NCBI GenBank assembly: GCA_945861275.1
Contig: CAMATZ010000034.1
Coordinates: 2,651 to 66,650 of the forward strand
Reading direction: 5' to 3'
Length of the DNA: 64,000 nt
Origin: Bordetella parapertussis
GTDB taxonomy: Bacteria > Pseudomonadota > Gammaproteobacteria > Burkholderiales > SG8-41
Below the pieces are notes generated by a model that had not been told where the DNA came from, made no database searches, and saw only the letters and a list, made by a program, of their open reading frames with translations. The translations under genes and the position numbers were made by a program. Every line of letters begins with the position of its first letter. Positions within the stretch are counted from its first letter, which is position 1. This document shows, piece by piece, positions 55,447-64,000 of this stretch.

Positions 55447-57669
55447 ATGAAAAAACATTGGCTGCGGATTATCATGGGGCTGGGTATCGTCGCGGCGTTC
55501 TTTGTTCATGCACGCGGCGTGGATTATGAGCTGCTGTTCATCAGCAAGCTCGAGAACCTGGCGTCCGACACGCGCTTGCGCTTTCTCATGCCGGGCGGCG
55601 TCGATCCGAAAATTGTCATACTCGATATCGATGAGAAAAGTCTCAAGGAAAGAGAACAAGGCGGCGAAGGGCGCTGGCCGTGGCCGCGCGATCGGCTCGC
55701 ACTGATGATCGACAAGCTGTTTGACAAGTACCAGATCGAGGTGCTGGGCTTTGACGTGGTGTTTGCCGAGCGTGATGAAACGTCGGGCGTCAGGGTGCTC
55801 GACCGGCTCGCAAACAAGGAGTTGAGCGGCGTGCCGCAGTTTCAGAACGCACTCACCAGGTTGCGTCCGCAGTTGGACTACGATGCCATATTCGCCGACA
55901 AGCTGCGCAATCGCAAGGTGGTGCTTGGCTATACCTTCAATCAGGAGCGCGAATTCAAAGGCTTGCTGCCGGCGCCGGTGTTTACCGAGGCGGAGCTTCG
56001 CGGGCGCAAGATCCCGCAAGAGGAGGTCCGGTTAGGCTATAGCGGCAACATAGAAGTCCTGCAAAAAAGCGCGGCAAGCGGCGGACATTTCAATCCAACG
56101 AATGATGCCGATGGCGTGCTGCGCAAGGTGCCTTTGGTGATTCCTTTCCAGGGCAAATATTACGAAGCGCTTTCGCTGGCGGTGGTGCGCAGCTATTTGG
56201 GCATGCCTCCGGTCAAGTTCGAATTCGAGGACTATGCCGGCGGCGATGTGGCGCTCGAGGAAATCTCCATCGGCGGGTTGAAGATTCCCGTGGACAATAA
56301 GGCGCGGGCTTTGATTCCCTATCGCGGTCCGCGTGACAGTTTCAAATACATTTCAATCTCCGATGTGATGAATGACCGTGTTGATATTGCTGAACTGCGC
56401 GGCAAGATAGCGCTGGTCGGCACCTCGGCGCCGGGGTTGCTCGATTTGCGCGTGACGCCGGTAGATGCGGTGTATCCGGGAGTGGAGGCGCACGCCAATC
56501 TCGTCGCCGGCATGCTGGACGAGAAACTAAAGCGCGATCCGGCGTATGCGAGCGGCGCGCAATTGATGGCCATCGTCCTGATCGGTTTGGTGCTGGCGGT
56601 GCTGTTGCCGTTCTTGAGTATTGTCCATGCAACCGTGGTGATCCTCTCCGTTGCGGGGTTGGTGATTGGCGTCAATCTCGCTTTGTACCATCATGCGAAT
56701 TTTGTGTTGCCGCTGGCCGGCAATGTGTTGCTGATATTCGCGCTCTACACGCTGAACACGGTGTGGGGCTATTTCACCGAATCGCGCAGCAAGAGGCTGA
56801 TTACCGCGCAGTTCGGGCAATATATACCGCCGGAAATCGCCGAACAAATAGCGAAAGACCCCAGTACGGTGTCTTTTGAACCAGCCTCGCGCGAGTGTAC
56901 GGTGCTGTTTACCGACGTGCGCGGATTTACCACCATCTCGGAAGGGCTGGATCCCAAGGCGCTGTCGGAACTCATGAATGAGTTCCTGACACCGCTCACC
57001 GAGGTGATCTTCAAGCATCACGGCACGATTGATAAATACATGGGGGATTGCATCATGGCGTTCTGGGGCGCGCCCCTTGCCAACGCCGCGCATGCGCAAA
57101 CGGGGGTGCTTGCGGGACTCGAAATGCATCGTGTACTCAATGAATTACAGCCGAAGTTCAAGGCTAAAAACTGGCCTGAAATCAAGATCGGCGTGGGCCT
57201 GAATACCGGCCGCATGAGTGTGGGTAACATGGGATCGACGATCCGGCGTGCCTACACGGTGATGGGTGATGCGGTAAATCTGGCGTCGCGTCTTGAAGGC
57301 ATCACCAAGGAATACGGCGCTGATGTTATCGTGGGCGAAGACACCATGGCGGCGTCGCCGGATATGGTTTTCCGTGAATTGGACAAGGTGCGCGTCAAAG
57401 GCAAGGAAAACGCGGTCACAATATATCAGCCGATCGGGCTGCGCAGCGAGGTCAGCGCTGACATCATCAAGCGGCTGGAAGTTTATCAGGAGGCGTTGGA
57501 CACGTATCGCAGGCAGGACTGGGATAAGGCCGAGACGCTGTTGCGGCAATTGCAGGAATCCTCGCCGGGAAACAAGCTCTACGAGTTGTTTCTGGCGCGC
57601 ATACCGGTGCTGCGCGAGAAGGATCTGGGTCCCGATTGGGACGGCGCGTTTACATTCGAGACGAAATAA
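55447..57669 (+). CDS. CHASE2-sensor class III adenylate/guanylate cyclase
   Basis: CHASE2 (IVILDIDEKSLKE...GRWPWPRDRLA), TM segments, a cyclase domain (VLFTDVRGFTTISE, GDCIMAFWGAP, GDAVNLASRLE) and a C-terminal TPR-like tail. Confidence 0.85.
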   Translation: MKKHWLRIIMGLGIVAAFFVHARGVDYELLFISKLENLASDTRLRFLMPGGVDPKIVILDIDEKSLKEREQGGEGRWPWPRDRLALMIDKLFDKYQIEVLGFDVVFAERDETSGVRVLDRLANKELSGVPQFQNALTRLRPQLDYDAIFADKLRNRKVVLGYTFNQEREFKGLLPAPVFTEAELRGRKIPQEEVRLGYSGNIEVLQKSAASGGHFNPTNDADGVLRKVPLVIPFQGKYYEALSLAVVRSYLGMPPVKFEFEDYAGGDVALEEISIGGLKIPVDNKARALIPYRGPRDSFKYISISDVMNDRVDIAELRGKIALVGTSAPGLLDLRVTPVDAVYPGVEAHANLVAGMLDEKLKRDPAYASGAQLMAIVLIGLVLAVLLPFLSIVHATVVILSVAGLVIGVNLALYHHANFVLPLAGNVLLIFALYTLNTVWGYFTESRSKRLITAQFGQYIPPEIAEQIAKDPSTVSFEPASRECTVLFTDVRGFTTISEGLDPKALSELMNEFLTPLTEVIFKHHGTIDKYMGDCIMAFWGAPLANAAHAQTGVLAGLEMHRVLNELQPKFKAKNWPEIKIGVGLNTGRMSVGNMGSTIRRAYTVMGDAVNLASRLEGITKEYGADVIVGEDTMAASPDMVFRELDKVRVKGKENAVTIYQPIGLRSEVSADIIKRLEVYQEALDTYRRQDWDKAETLLRQLQESSPGNKLYELFLARIPVLREKDLGPDWDGAFTFETK

Positions 57670-57671
57670 CG

Positions 57672-58436
57672 ATGCGGCTTGAAATCATCGGTTGCAGCGG
57701 TGGTATCGGTGGCGATCTGCGCACGACCTCGCTGCTGCTCGACCATGATGTGCTGATAGACGCTGGCACCGGCGTCGGTGATCTCAGCATCGGGCAGATG
57801 GCGCAGATCGACCATGTTTTTGTGACGCACTCGCATCTGGATCATGTGACATCGATTCCGTTTATGGTTGATACCGTAGGCGCGTTGCGTAGCAAGCCGC
57901 TAACGGTTCACGCGTTGCCGGAGACCATTGCGGATTTGCGGCAGCATCTGTTTAACTGGAAGTTGTGGCCGGACTTTACGCAAATTCCTTCGCCACAACA
58001 GCCTGCGCTGCGGTTTTCGCCGGTTGCGCTCGGGCAAGGCCTCGAGATTTCAGGACGGACGATAACGCCGGTTCCGGCGTACCATATTGTGCCGGCGGTG
58101 GGATATGCACTGGATTCGGGCAAGGCAAGCCTGGTATTTACCGGCGATACCTGCAGTTGCGATGATTTGTGGCGCGTAGTGAATACTATCGGTAATCTTC
58201 GTTATATCATTGTCGAAACGGCGTTTCCCGACGCCGAGCGGGAACTGGCGCTACGGGCCAGGCATTTGTGTCCCAGCCTGTTGTTTGAACAGTTGGCCTT
58301 ATTGAGAAAAGATGCGGAAATTTTTATTACACACCTTAAGCCGGGCGAAGACGTGAAAATCATGCAGGAGATCGCGCGCGGCGCGTCACGCTGGAATCCG
58401 AGAATGCTGCAACATCGGCAGGTTTTCGAGTTCTAG
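57672..58436 (+). CDS. Class II 3',5'-cyclic-nucleotide phosphodiesterase (metallo-beta-lactamase fold)
   Basis: ATG 57672, 3 nt after the cyclase stop. MRLEIIGCSGGIGG... and THSHLDHV (HxHLDH signature). Confidence 0.75.
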   Translation: MRLEIIGCSGGIGGDLRTTSLLLDHDVLIDAGTGVGDLSIGQMAQIDHVFVTHSHLDHVTSIPFMVDTVGALRSKPLTVHALPETIADLRQHLFNWKLWPDFTQIPSPQQPALRFSPVALGQGLEISGRTITPVPAYHIVPAVGYALDSGKASLVFTGDTCSCDDLWRVVNTIGNLRYIIVETAFPDAERELALRARHLCPSLLFEQLALLRKDAEIFITHLKPGEDVKIMQEIARGASRWNPRMLQHRQVFEF

Positions 58437-58481
58437 ACGGGATGGACTTGTGTTGAATAAAATCATTGTGGTGGGGGTGAA

Positions 58482-60857
58482 ATGAGTTCAGTACTCCAAA
58501 GCAAACCAGCAGCGCAGGATCCTCTGGCGGAAAAGCTCGGGTTCCAGCAGCGGCTGCAAGCGGTGACAAACAAGGTTCATGGCGCAAAGGACATCGATGA
58601 GATCCTCACCGATGTTTCGATCGAGCTTTGCGCCTTGTTTCTGGCGGATCGGCTCACGATATACCTGACCAGCGAGGACAAGGGCTCGATTATTTCCAAG
58701 GTCAAGACCGGACTGAATTCCTTCAAGGACATCAAGCTTCCCATCAACGAACAGTCGGTTGCCGGGTTTGTAGGGGTCAACAAGCGTGTGCTTAACATTC
58801 GCGACGTCTACGATGCCGCTGAACTCAAGGTGCACAGCCCGAAATTGAATTTTCTGAAGGCGGTTGACGCGAAAACGGGCTACCGCACGCGGCAGATGCT
58901 GGTGGCGCCGATAGTGGAAGCCAAGACCAACGATCTGATCGGTATCATTCAGATTATCAACACCAAGAGCGGGCAGCCCTTTCCGCAGTACATGGAAGAA
59001 GGCGTTTTGCATCTGTGCGAAACCATGGCTATTGCGTTCCGGCAACGTCAGGGCGCGAGCGGCCGCATACAGGTGCGCGGCAAGTACGACGCGCTGGTGA
59101 CCGATGCGGTGATTTCCGCGGACGAGATCGAACTCGCGCAACGCTCATCACGGCGCAAGAATATTGATCTGGAAACGGTGCTGATCGACGAGTTCCAGGT
59201 CAAAGTGCCGGTGCTCGGCGCCGCGCTGGCGGCGTATTTTGGCGTTGCCTACGAACCCTTCAAGCAGGACCGCATCAAGCCGCCCGATCTGCTGCGCAAC
59301 ATGAGCCGCGAGTTTTGTCTGACCAATCAGTGGGTGCCTGTGGAGGACTCCAAGGACGGCATTGTGGTGGTGACGCCGGATGTGGAGCGCACGCGTACTT
59401 CGCGCATGGTTGCCAACGTTTACCCGAAGAACAAAATTGTCTATCGCGTGACGACGCAGCGTGAATTTATTGCCACGCTGGATCAGTTGTTTGGCGCCTC
59501 GATGTCGGATTCCGGCAACATTGACGACCTGCTCGGTGATCTTGACGACGAAGAAAGCCTGGAAGCCGGCGGCGACGACATCGCGAGCGCCGCCAGCGAC
59601 AACGAACTCGTCAAGCTGGTGAACAAGGTCATTATCGACGCCTATCAGCAGGGGGCATCGGATATTCATATCGAACCCTATCCGGGCAAAGGCAAGACGG
59701 AAATCCGCTTTCGCAAGGACGGCTCGCTGACCCCCTATATACAGATCCCCGCGAGTTACCGTAACGCGCTCGCAGCGCGGCTCAAGATCATGTGTGATCT
59801 GGATATTTCGGAACGCCGCAAGCCGCAGGATGGCAAGATCAAATTCAAAAAATTCGGGCCGCTGGATATTGAATTGCGGGTCGCCACCATTCCGACGGCA
59901 GGCGGTGTTGAAGACATCGTGATGCGTATTCTGGCGGCCGGCGAACCGATCCCGCTGGATAAGCTGGGGCTTTCGAAGCGCAATCAAGAGCAGTGCAAGA
60001 TCGCTATTGAAAAGCCGTACGGACTGTTTTTCGTGTGCGGCCCGACCGGTTCGGGCAAAACCACCACGCTGCATTCCGTGCTCGGCTATCTGAACAAGCC
60101 CGACACTAAAATCTGGACCGCCGAAGACCCGGTTGAAATTACCCAGAAAGGCCTGCGCCAGGTTCAAATCAACAAAAAAGCGGGACTGGAATTTTCCATC
60201 ATTATGAAGGCATTTTTGCGCGCCGATCCCGACATCATCATGGTCGGCGAGATGCGCGACAAGGAGACCGTGTCCATCGGCATCGAGGCGTCGCTAACGG
60301 GTCACCTGGTGTTTGCAACACTGCATACGAATAGCGCGCCGGAATCGATTATCCGTTTGCTGGATATGGGCATGGACCCGTTTAACTTCGCCGACGCGCT
60401 GTTGGGCATACTGGCGCAGCGTCTGGCCAAGCGCCTGTGCGCGAAGTGCAAGCAAGCGCGTGCGGCGACCGATGAAGAAGTGCAAATGCTGCTCGAAGAA
60501 TACGCCCTTGAGCTGATGAACACCGAGTCGTGGAAAAAAGACCCGCAAGGCGAGCGCGCGAAACTGCTGGCATTCTGGGTCAAGGAGTTCGGCGATAAGA
60601 ATGGCGGTCTCACGCTGCATTCGGCAAAGGGCTGCGATACCTGCAGCGACTCGGGGTACAAGGGGCGCGTGGGATTGCACGAATTGCTGATCGCTACCGA
60701 CCGCGTGAAAAAAGATATTCAGGAGCACGCCCGCGTGTCGCAAATGTTTGCAACCGCGCTCGAAGAAGGCATGCGCACGCTGAAGCAGGACGGCATAGAA
60801 AAAGTGTTGCAGGGCATCACCGATATGCAGCAGGTGCGTGCTGTGTGCATCAAGTAA
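58482..60857 (+). CDS. GAF-domain-fused PilB/GspE-family secretion/pilus-assembly ATPase
   Basis: N-terminal GAF-like ~190 aa (...LFLADRLTIYL...VAGFVGVNKRVLNIRDVY...MLVAPI...LIGIIQIIN), then a T2SSE_N-like region. The ATPase core has GPTGSGKTT, IMVGEMRD and GHLVFATLHTN, plus a C-terminal CAKC...CDTC tetracysteine. Confidence 0.85.
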   Translation: MSSVLQSKPAAQDPLAEKLGFQQRLQAVTNKVHGAKDIDEILTDVSIELCALFLADRLTIYLTSEDKGSIISKVKTGLNSFKDIKLPINEQSVAGFVGVNKRVLNIRDVYDAAELKVHSPKLNFLKAVDAKTGYRTRQMLVAPIVEAKTNDLIGIIQIINTKSGQPFPQYMEEGVLHLCETMAIAFRQRQGASGRIQVRGKYDALVTDAVISADEIELAQRSSRRKNIDLETVLIDEFQVKVPVLGAALAAYFGVAYEPFKQDRIKPPDLLRNMSREFCLTNQWVPVEDSKDGIVVVTPDVERTRTSRMVANVYPKNKIVYRVTTQREFIATLDQLFGASMSDSGNIDDLLGDLDDEESLEAGGDDIASAASDNELVKLVNKVIIDAYQQGASDIHIEPYPGKGKTEIRFRKDGSLTPYIQIPASYRNALAARLKIMCDLDISERRKPQDGKIKFKKFGPLDIELRVATIPTAGGVEDIVMRILAAGEPIPLDKLGLSKRNQEQCKIAIEKPYGLFFVCGPTGSGKTTTLHSVLGYLNKPDTKIWTAEDPVEITQKGLRQVQINKKAGLEFSIIMKAFLRADPDIIMVGEMRDKETVSIGIEASLTGHLVFATLHTNSAPESIIRLLDMGMDPFNFADALLGILAQRLAKRLCAKCKQARAATDEEVQMLLEEYALELMNTESWKKDPQGERAKLLAFWVKEFGDKNGGLTLHSAKGCDTCSDSGYKGRVGLHELLIATDRVKKDIQEHARVSQMFATALEEGMRTLKQDGIEKVLQGITDMQQVRAVCIK

Positions 60858-60873
60858 GCGGGATAACGCAAGC

Positions 60874-62493
60874 ATGAACCAAAGCATGCAGGCGCCGGAT
60901 CACGCAGAGCTTACCGACCGCTTCGAACAACTCCTGGGCATTGGTATTGCGCTGTCGCGCGAGCGCGATATCAACAAGCTGCTCGAGGCCATCTTGCTGG
61001 CCGCGAAGGACGTCACCAGCGCGGATGGTGGCACTCTGTACCGTATGTCCGACGACAATATGCTTAAGTTCGATATTGTGCGCAACGATACTCTGGGTAT
61101 CGCGATGGGCGGGACTACCGGCGTCGAGATTCCGTTTTATCCAATTCAATTGTTTACTGACGAGGGCGTGCCCAATCTGCACATGGTGGCGGCGTATGCC
61201 GTCCACAAGGACTGCTCGGTCAATATCGTGGACGCCTACACCGAGATGGGTTTCGATTTCAGCGGCATGAAAGCGTTCGACACCAAGACCGGTTACCGTT
61301 CGCAGTCTTTTCTGACGGTGCCGATGAAGAACCATGAAAACGAAATCATCGGCGTGCTGCAGCTGATCAACGCCAAAGACCCTAACAGCGAAAAAGTGCA
61401 GCCGTTCTCCGCGGTGGATCAACGGCTGGCGGAATCGCTGGCCTCGCAGGCTGCGATTGCGCTAACCAATCGCCTGCTGATTAATCATCTGGAAGCGCTG
61501 TTTGAGTCGTTTATCAGTCTCATCAATACCGCGATAGACGATAAATCACCGTATACCGGCGGGCACTGCAATCGCGTGCCCGAGCTCACCATGATGTTGG
61601 CCGAAGCGGTGACCAAATCCAACGTCGGCCCGCTCAAGAATTTTACCATGACCGAGCGCGACCGCTATGAATTGCGCATCGCGGGTCTGTTGCACGATTG
61701 CGGCAAGATCACCACACCGGTGCATGTGGTGGACAAAGCGACCAAGCTGGAAACGATATACGACAGGATCAATTTGCTGGATACCCGCTTTGAAGTCGTC
61801 AAGCGCGACCTGCGGATTGCCGTCTTGAGCGGGCAGTTGAGCGCGGCAGAACTCGAAGCAAAATACAAGTCGATAGACGAGGATCGCGCCTTCCTGCGCC
61901 ACACCAATATCGGCGGTGAATTCATGCGCGACGAGGACGTGGAACGTGTCAAGCACATTGCAAGCGCATACCGCTGGATGGATCCGGCGGGAAACGAATG
62001 CAATTTTCTTTCCGATGACGAAGTAAAAAATCTCACCATACGCGCGGGCACACTGACGATGGAAGAGCGCACCGTCATCAACCACCATATCGATGTCACC
62101 ATCAAGATGCTGGAAGCGCTGCCCTGGCCTAAGCACCTCACCGGCGTGCCCGAATACGCAGGCGGCCATCACGAGCGTATGGACGGCAAAGGCTACCCGC
62201 GCGGCCTGACGCGCGCGCAAATGTCGGTGCAGGCGCGTTGCATGGGCATCGCTGACATTTTCGAGGCGCTGACCGCCAAAGACCGGCCCTACAAAAAGGG
62301 TAAAACGCTCACCGAATCGCTCAATATCCTGGGGAAAATGAAGCTGGGGCAGCATGTAGACCCGGATTTATTTGATATTTTCATGTGGGAGAGGGTGTAC
62401 GAGGCTTACGCGCTGCAATATATGTCCCCGGACCAAATTGATCATGTGGATTTGAGCAAGGTGCCGGGTTACGTGCCGCCGCCCGTGGCTTGA
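60874..62493 (+). CDS. GAF + HD-GYP domain protein (probable c-di-GMP phosphodiesterase)
   Basis: ATG 60874. The GAF region is ...DGGTLYRM...FLTVPM...IGVLQLINAK. The HD-GYP motifs are HDCGKI and GGHHERMDGKGYPRGL. Confidence 0.85.
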   Translation: MNQSMQAPDHAELTDRFEQLLGIGIALSRERDINKLLEAILLAAKDVTSADGGTLYRMSDDNMLKFDIVRNDTLGIAMGGTTGVEIPFYPIQLFTDEGVPNLHMVAAYAVHKDCSVNIVDAYTEMGFDFSGMKAFDTKTGYRSQSFLTVPMKNHENEIIGVLQLINAKDPNSEKVQPFSAVDQRLAESLASQAAIALTNRLLINHLEALFESFISLINTAIDDKSPYTGGHCNRVPELTMMLAEAVTKSNVGPLKNFTMTERDRYELRIAGLLHDCGKITTPVHVVDKATKLETIYDRINLLDTRFEVVKRDLRIAVLSGQLSAAELEAKYKSIDEDRAFLRHTNIGGEFMRDEDVERVKHIASAYRWMDPAGNECNFLSDDEVKNLTIRAGTLTMEERTVINHHIDVTIKMLEALPWPKHLTGVPEYAGGHHERMDGKGYPRGLTRAQMSVQARCMGIADIFEALTAKDRPYKKGKTLTESLNILGKMKLGQHVDPDLFDIFMWERVYEAYALQYMSPDQIDHVDLSKVPGYVPPPVA

Positions 62494-62732
62494 GGTTACG
62501 GTTCGGTGTGACAAAAATTGTCTCGGTGTGCCTGAATTGGCGTCGGAATTTACAGTCTCAGCAACGCAATTGGGCATAGCGTAAGCTATAAATCCATAAT
62601 GTGGTTTCTGCGCTACGTTATGACCCGTATATTTATCCTAAAACAGCAATTCAGGTATAGAAAAATCTGTATGAAAAATAGATTTTTCTGGATGTACATG
62701 ATTGATTTTTAAACAAATATTTTTCCAAGACT

Positions 62733-62748
62733 TGGCATTAGAATTGCT
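62733..62748 (+). promoter_or_regulatory. Sigma-54 promoter of pilin gene 1
   Basis: TGGCATTAGAATTGCT matches TGGCAY-N5-TTGCW. It lies about 60 nt upstream of the ATG. Confidence 0.75.
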
Positions 62749-62810
62749 TCATGGTAATTCGCAAACATAAGTTTGTATCGCTGTATACCTAAAATAATGG
62801 GGGATTTTCA

Positions 62811-63251
62811 ATGAAACGCGTGCAAAAAGGTTTTACCTTGATAGAACTGATGATAGTGGTCGCGATTATTGGCATTCTGGCGGCGATTGCGATCCCTCAA
62901 TATGGTGATTACACGTCGCGCACCCGGGCGGCCGGATCGGCAGCGGAAATTGCGTCTACCCGGAGCGCTATCGGTGTTTGTGGCAGCGATCTTGCCACGC
63001 TTACCGGTTGCAATGCCGGCACAAACGCCATTCCCACAATATCTGTCACAAAAAATATTACGGTTGTAACCTCTGTGACTAACGGCGTGATTCGGGTTAC
63101 TACTGGCGCAACGACTACCGCTGGTGTAAACCTTACAACGATAGACACACCGACACTGCCTGCTGCTGGCGCCAATATGCTGTGGACGAACACAGGCACA
63201 GTTTGCAATGCGACGCGAGGCTTCAAATCAGGTGCTGGTGATTGCCCATAA
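62811..63251 (+). CDS. Type IV (IVa) major pilin, copy 1
   Basis: MKRVQKG|[24 protein letters not shown] is a class III signal peptide. Two Cys pairs are present, including a C-terminal C-X12-C disulfide loop ([15 protein letters not shown]). Confidence 0.9.
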   Translation: MKRVQKGFTLIELMIVVAIIGILAAIAIPQYGDYTSRTRAAGSAAEIASTRSAIGVCGSDLATLTGCNAGTNAIPTISVTKNITVVTSVTNGVIRVTTGATTTAGVNLTTIDTPTLPAAGANMLWTNTGTVCNATRGFKSGAGDCP

Positions 63252-63259
63252 CACAGGAT

Positions 63260-63275
63260 TGGCATTGTTATTGCT
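63260..63275 (+). promoter_or_regulatory. Sigma-54 promoter of pilin gene 2
   Basis: TGGCATTGTTATTGCT. Confidence 0.75.
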
Positions 63276-63328
63276 CGTCCTGATAACGGGCGGATATTAT
63301 TCTGTCTAACCGTCAATGGAGAGCTTTA

Positions 63329-63769
63329 ATGAAACGTACACAACAAGGTTTTACCCTGATCGAACTGATGATCGTGGTGGCAATTATCGGTATTCTGGCG
63401 GCCATCGCGATCCCTCAATATGGTGATTACACCTCACGCTCCCGGGCAGCCGGTTCGGCGGCGGAAATTGCGTCTTCCCGCGCCGCAATCGGTGTTTGTG
63501 CCAGCGATCTTGGCACGCTTGCCGGTTGTGATGCCGGCACGAACGCCATTCCCACCATAACCACCACGAAAAATATTACGGCGGTAACCTCGGTGACTAA
63601 CGGCGTAATTTCAGTCACAACGGGCGCAACGACTACTGCCGGTGTAAACCTTACAACCATAGACACACCCACAATTCCTGCGGGTGGCGCCAATATGTTG
63701 TGGACGAACACGGGCACGGTTTGCAATGCGACGCGAGGCTTTAAATCAGGTGCTGGTGATTGCCCGTAA
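63329..63769 (+). CDS. Type IV (IVa) major pilin, copy 2
   Basis: 146 aa, about 90% identical to copy 1 ([17 protein letters not shown]...). Confidence 0.9.
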   Translation: MKRTQQGFTLIELMIVVAIIGILAAIAIPQYGDYTSRSRAAGSAAEIASSRAAIGVCASDLGTLAGCDAGTNAIPTITTTKNITAVTSVTNGVISVTTGATTTAGVNLTTIDTPTIPAGGANMLWTNTGTVCNATRGFKSGAGDCP

Positions 63770-63777
63770 CACAGGGT

Positions 63778-63793
63778 TGGCATTGCAATTGCT
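63778..63793 (+). promoter_or_regulatory. Sigma-54 promoter of pilin gene 3
   Basis: TGGCATTGCAATTGCT. Confidence 0.75.
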
Positions 63794-63852
63794 TTATTGT
63801 TATACGCAAACGAGAGTTTGTATTGTTGTCTAACTATAACGGAGGGTTTTTT

Positions 63853-64000
63853 ATGAAACGTATGCAAAAAGGTTTTACCCTGATCGAACTGATGATCGTG
63901 GTGGCAATTATCGGTATTCTGGCGGCCATCGCGATTCCTCAATACGGTGATTACACCTCACGCACCCGGGCAGCCGGTTCGGCGGCGGAAATTGCGTCTT
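63853..64000 (+). CDS. Type IV pilin, copy 3 (5' part only; continues beyond the window)
   Basis: Own translation from ATG 63853: [49 protein letters not shown].... Confidence 0.85.
   Translation, partial: MKRMQKGFTLIELMIVVAIIGILAAIAIPQYGDYTSRTRAAGSAAEIAS

Noticed and set aside
1-64000. Search for defence systems, prophage, integrases, IS elements, toxin-antitoxin pairs, tRNA or rRNA genes
   Set aside because: Every ORF of 200 aa or more in the ORF track has been placed in one of three groups: a gene with a recognised function, the 669-aa secreted protein of unknown function (11444..13453), or a shadow ORF antisense to or overlapping a called gene. The only mobile-DNA trace is the dead RAYT/REP unit. 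I saw no cloverleaf-like tRNA candidates or rRNA-like stretches, but I could not run tRNAscan or Infernal.

Overview
GC-rich proteobacterial chromosomal segment. The many Bug/TctC-type binding proteins and the overall gene content suggest a betaproteobacterium, but I cannot name the organism. The window is mostly metabolism and signalling, not mobile DNA.

Content from left to right:
1. A partial Bug-family binding protein, then a three-gene 2-oxoacid:acceptor oxidoreductase cluster (a GltD/ferredoxin fusion plus korA and korB).
2. A decayed Bug pseudogene, then sulfite dehydrogenase sorAB with a PAL/NHL-type propeller and a TauD-family dioxygenase.
3. A REP-flanked, truncated and frameshifted RAYT transposase remnant.
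4. A DUF1080-type lipoprotein, a 669-aa secreted protein, a Bug binding protein and an MmgE/PrpD protein.
5. A candidate small RNA, sucCD, NAD-type formate dehydrogenase (fused gamma/beta subunit plus alpha) and formate-THF ligase.
6. An NhaD-like permease followed by a ghost copy of the fhs 3' end.
7. Two convergent TerC+USP modules (one split, one fused), two divergent yybP-ykoY (Mn2+) riboswitch-like leaders and a LysR regulator.
8. A complete urtABCDE-ureDABCEFG supercluster with a sigma-54 promoter and a trailing His-rich micro-ORF.
9. tctCBA, oxalyl-CoA decarboxylase, a Crp/Fnr-family regulator, formyl-CoA transferase and a stand-alone formyltransferase-like gene.
10. A signalling/pilus cluster: CHASE2 Ser/Thr kinase, PP2C phosphatase, a double-FHA gene with an in-frame stop, CHASE2 adenylate/guanylate cyclase, class-II cNMP phosphodiesterase, GAF-fused PilB/GspE ATPase, GAF-HD-GYP protein, and a tandem array of at least three type IV pilin genes, each with its own sigma-54 promoter.

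I recognised no rRNA, tRNA, CRISPR, prophage, integrase or defence genes.

The most interesting non-coding observations are:
- the twin riboswitches, one of which sits in front of a transcription factor;
- three TTGAC-N4-GTCAA boxes at exact class-II promoter geometry in front of oxc, frc and sucC;
- a family of long hairpins built from tandem 7-8 nt units directly after stop codons;
- an anti-Shine-Dalgarno-rich sRNA candidate.

All functional calls come from reading the translated ORFs and motifs by eye. No database search was run.
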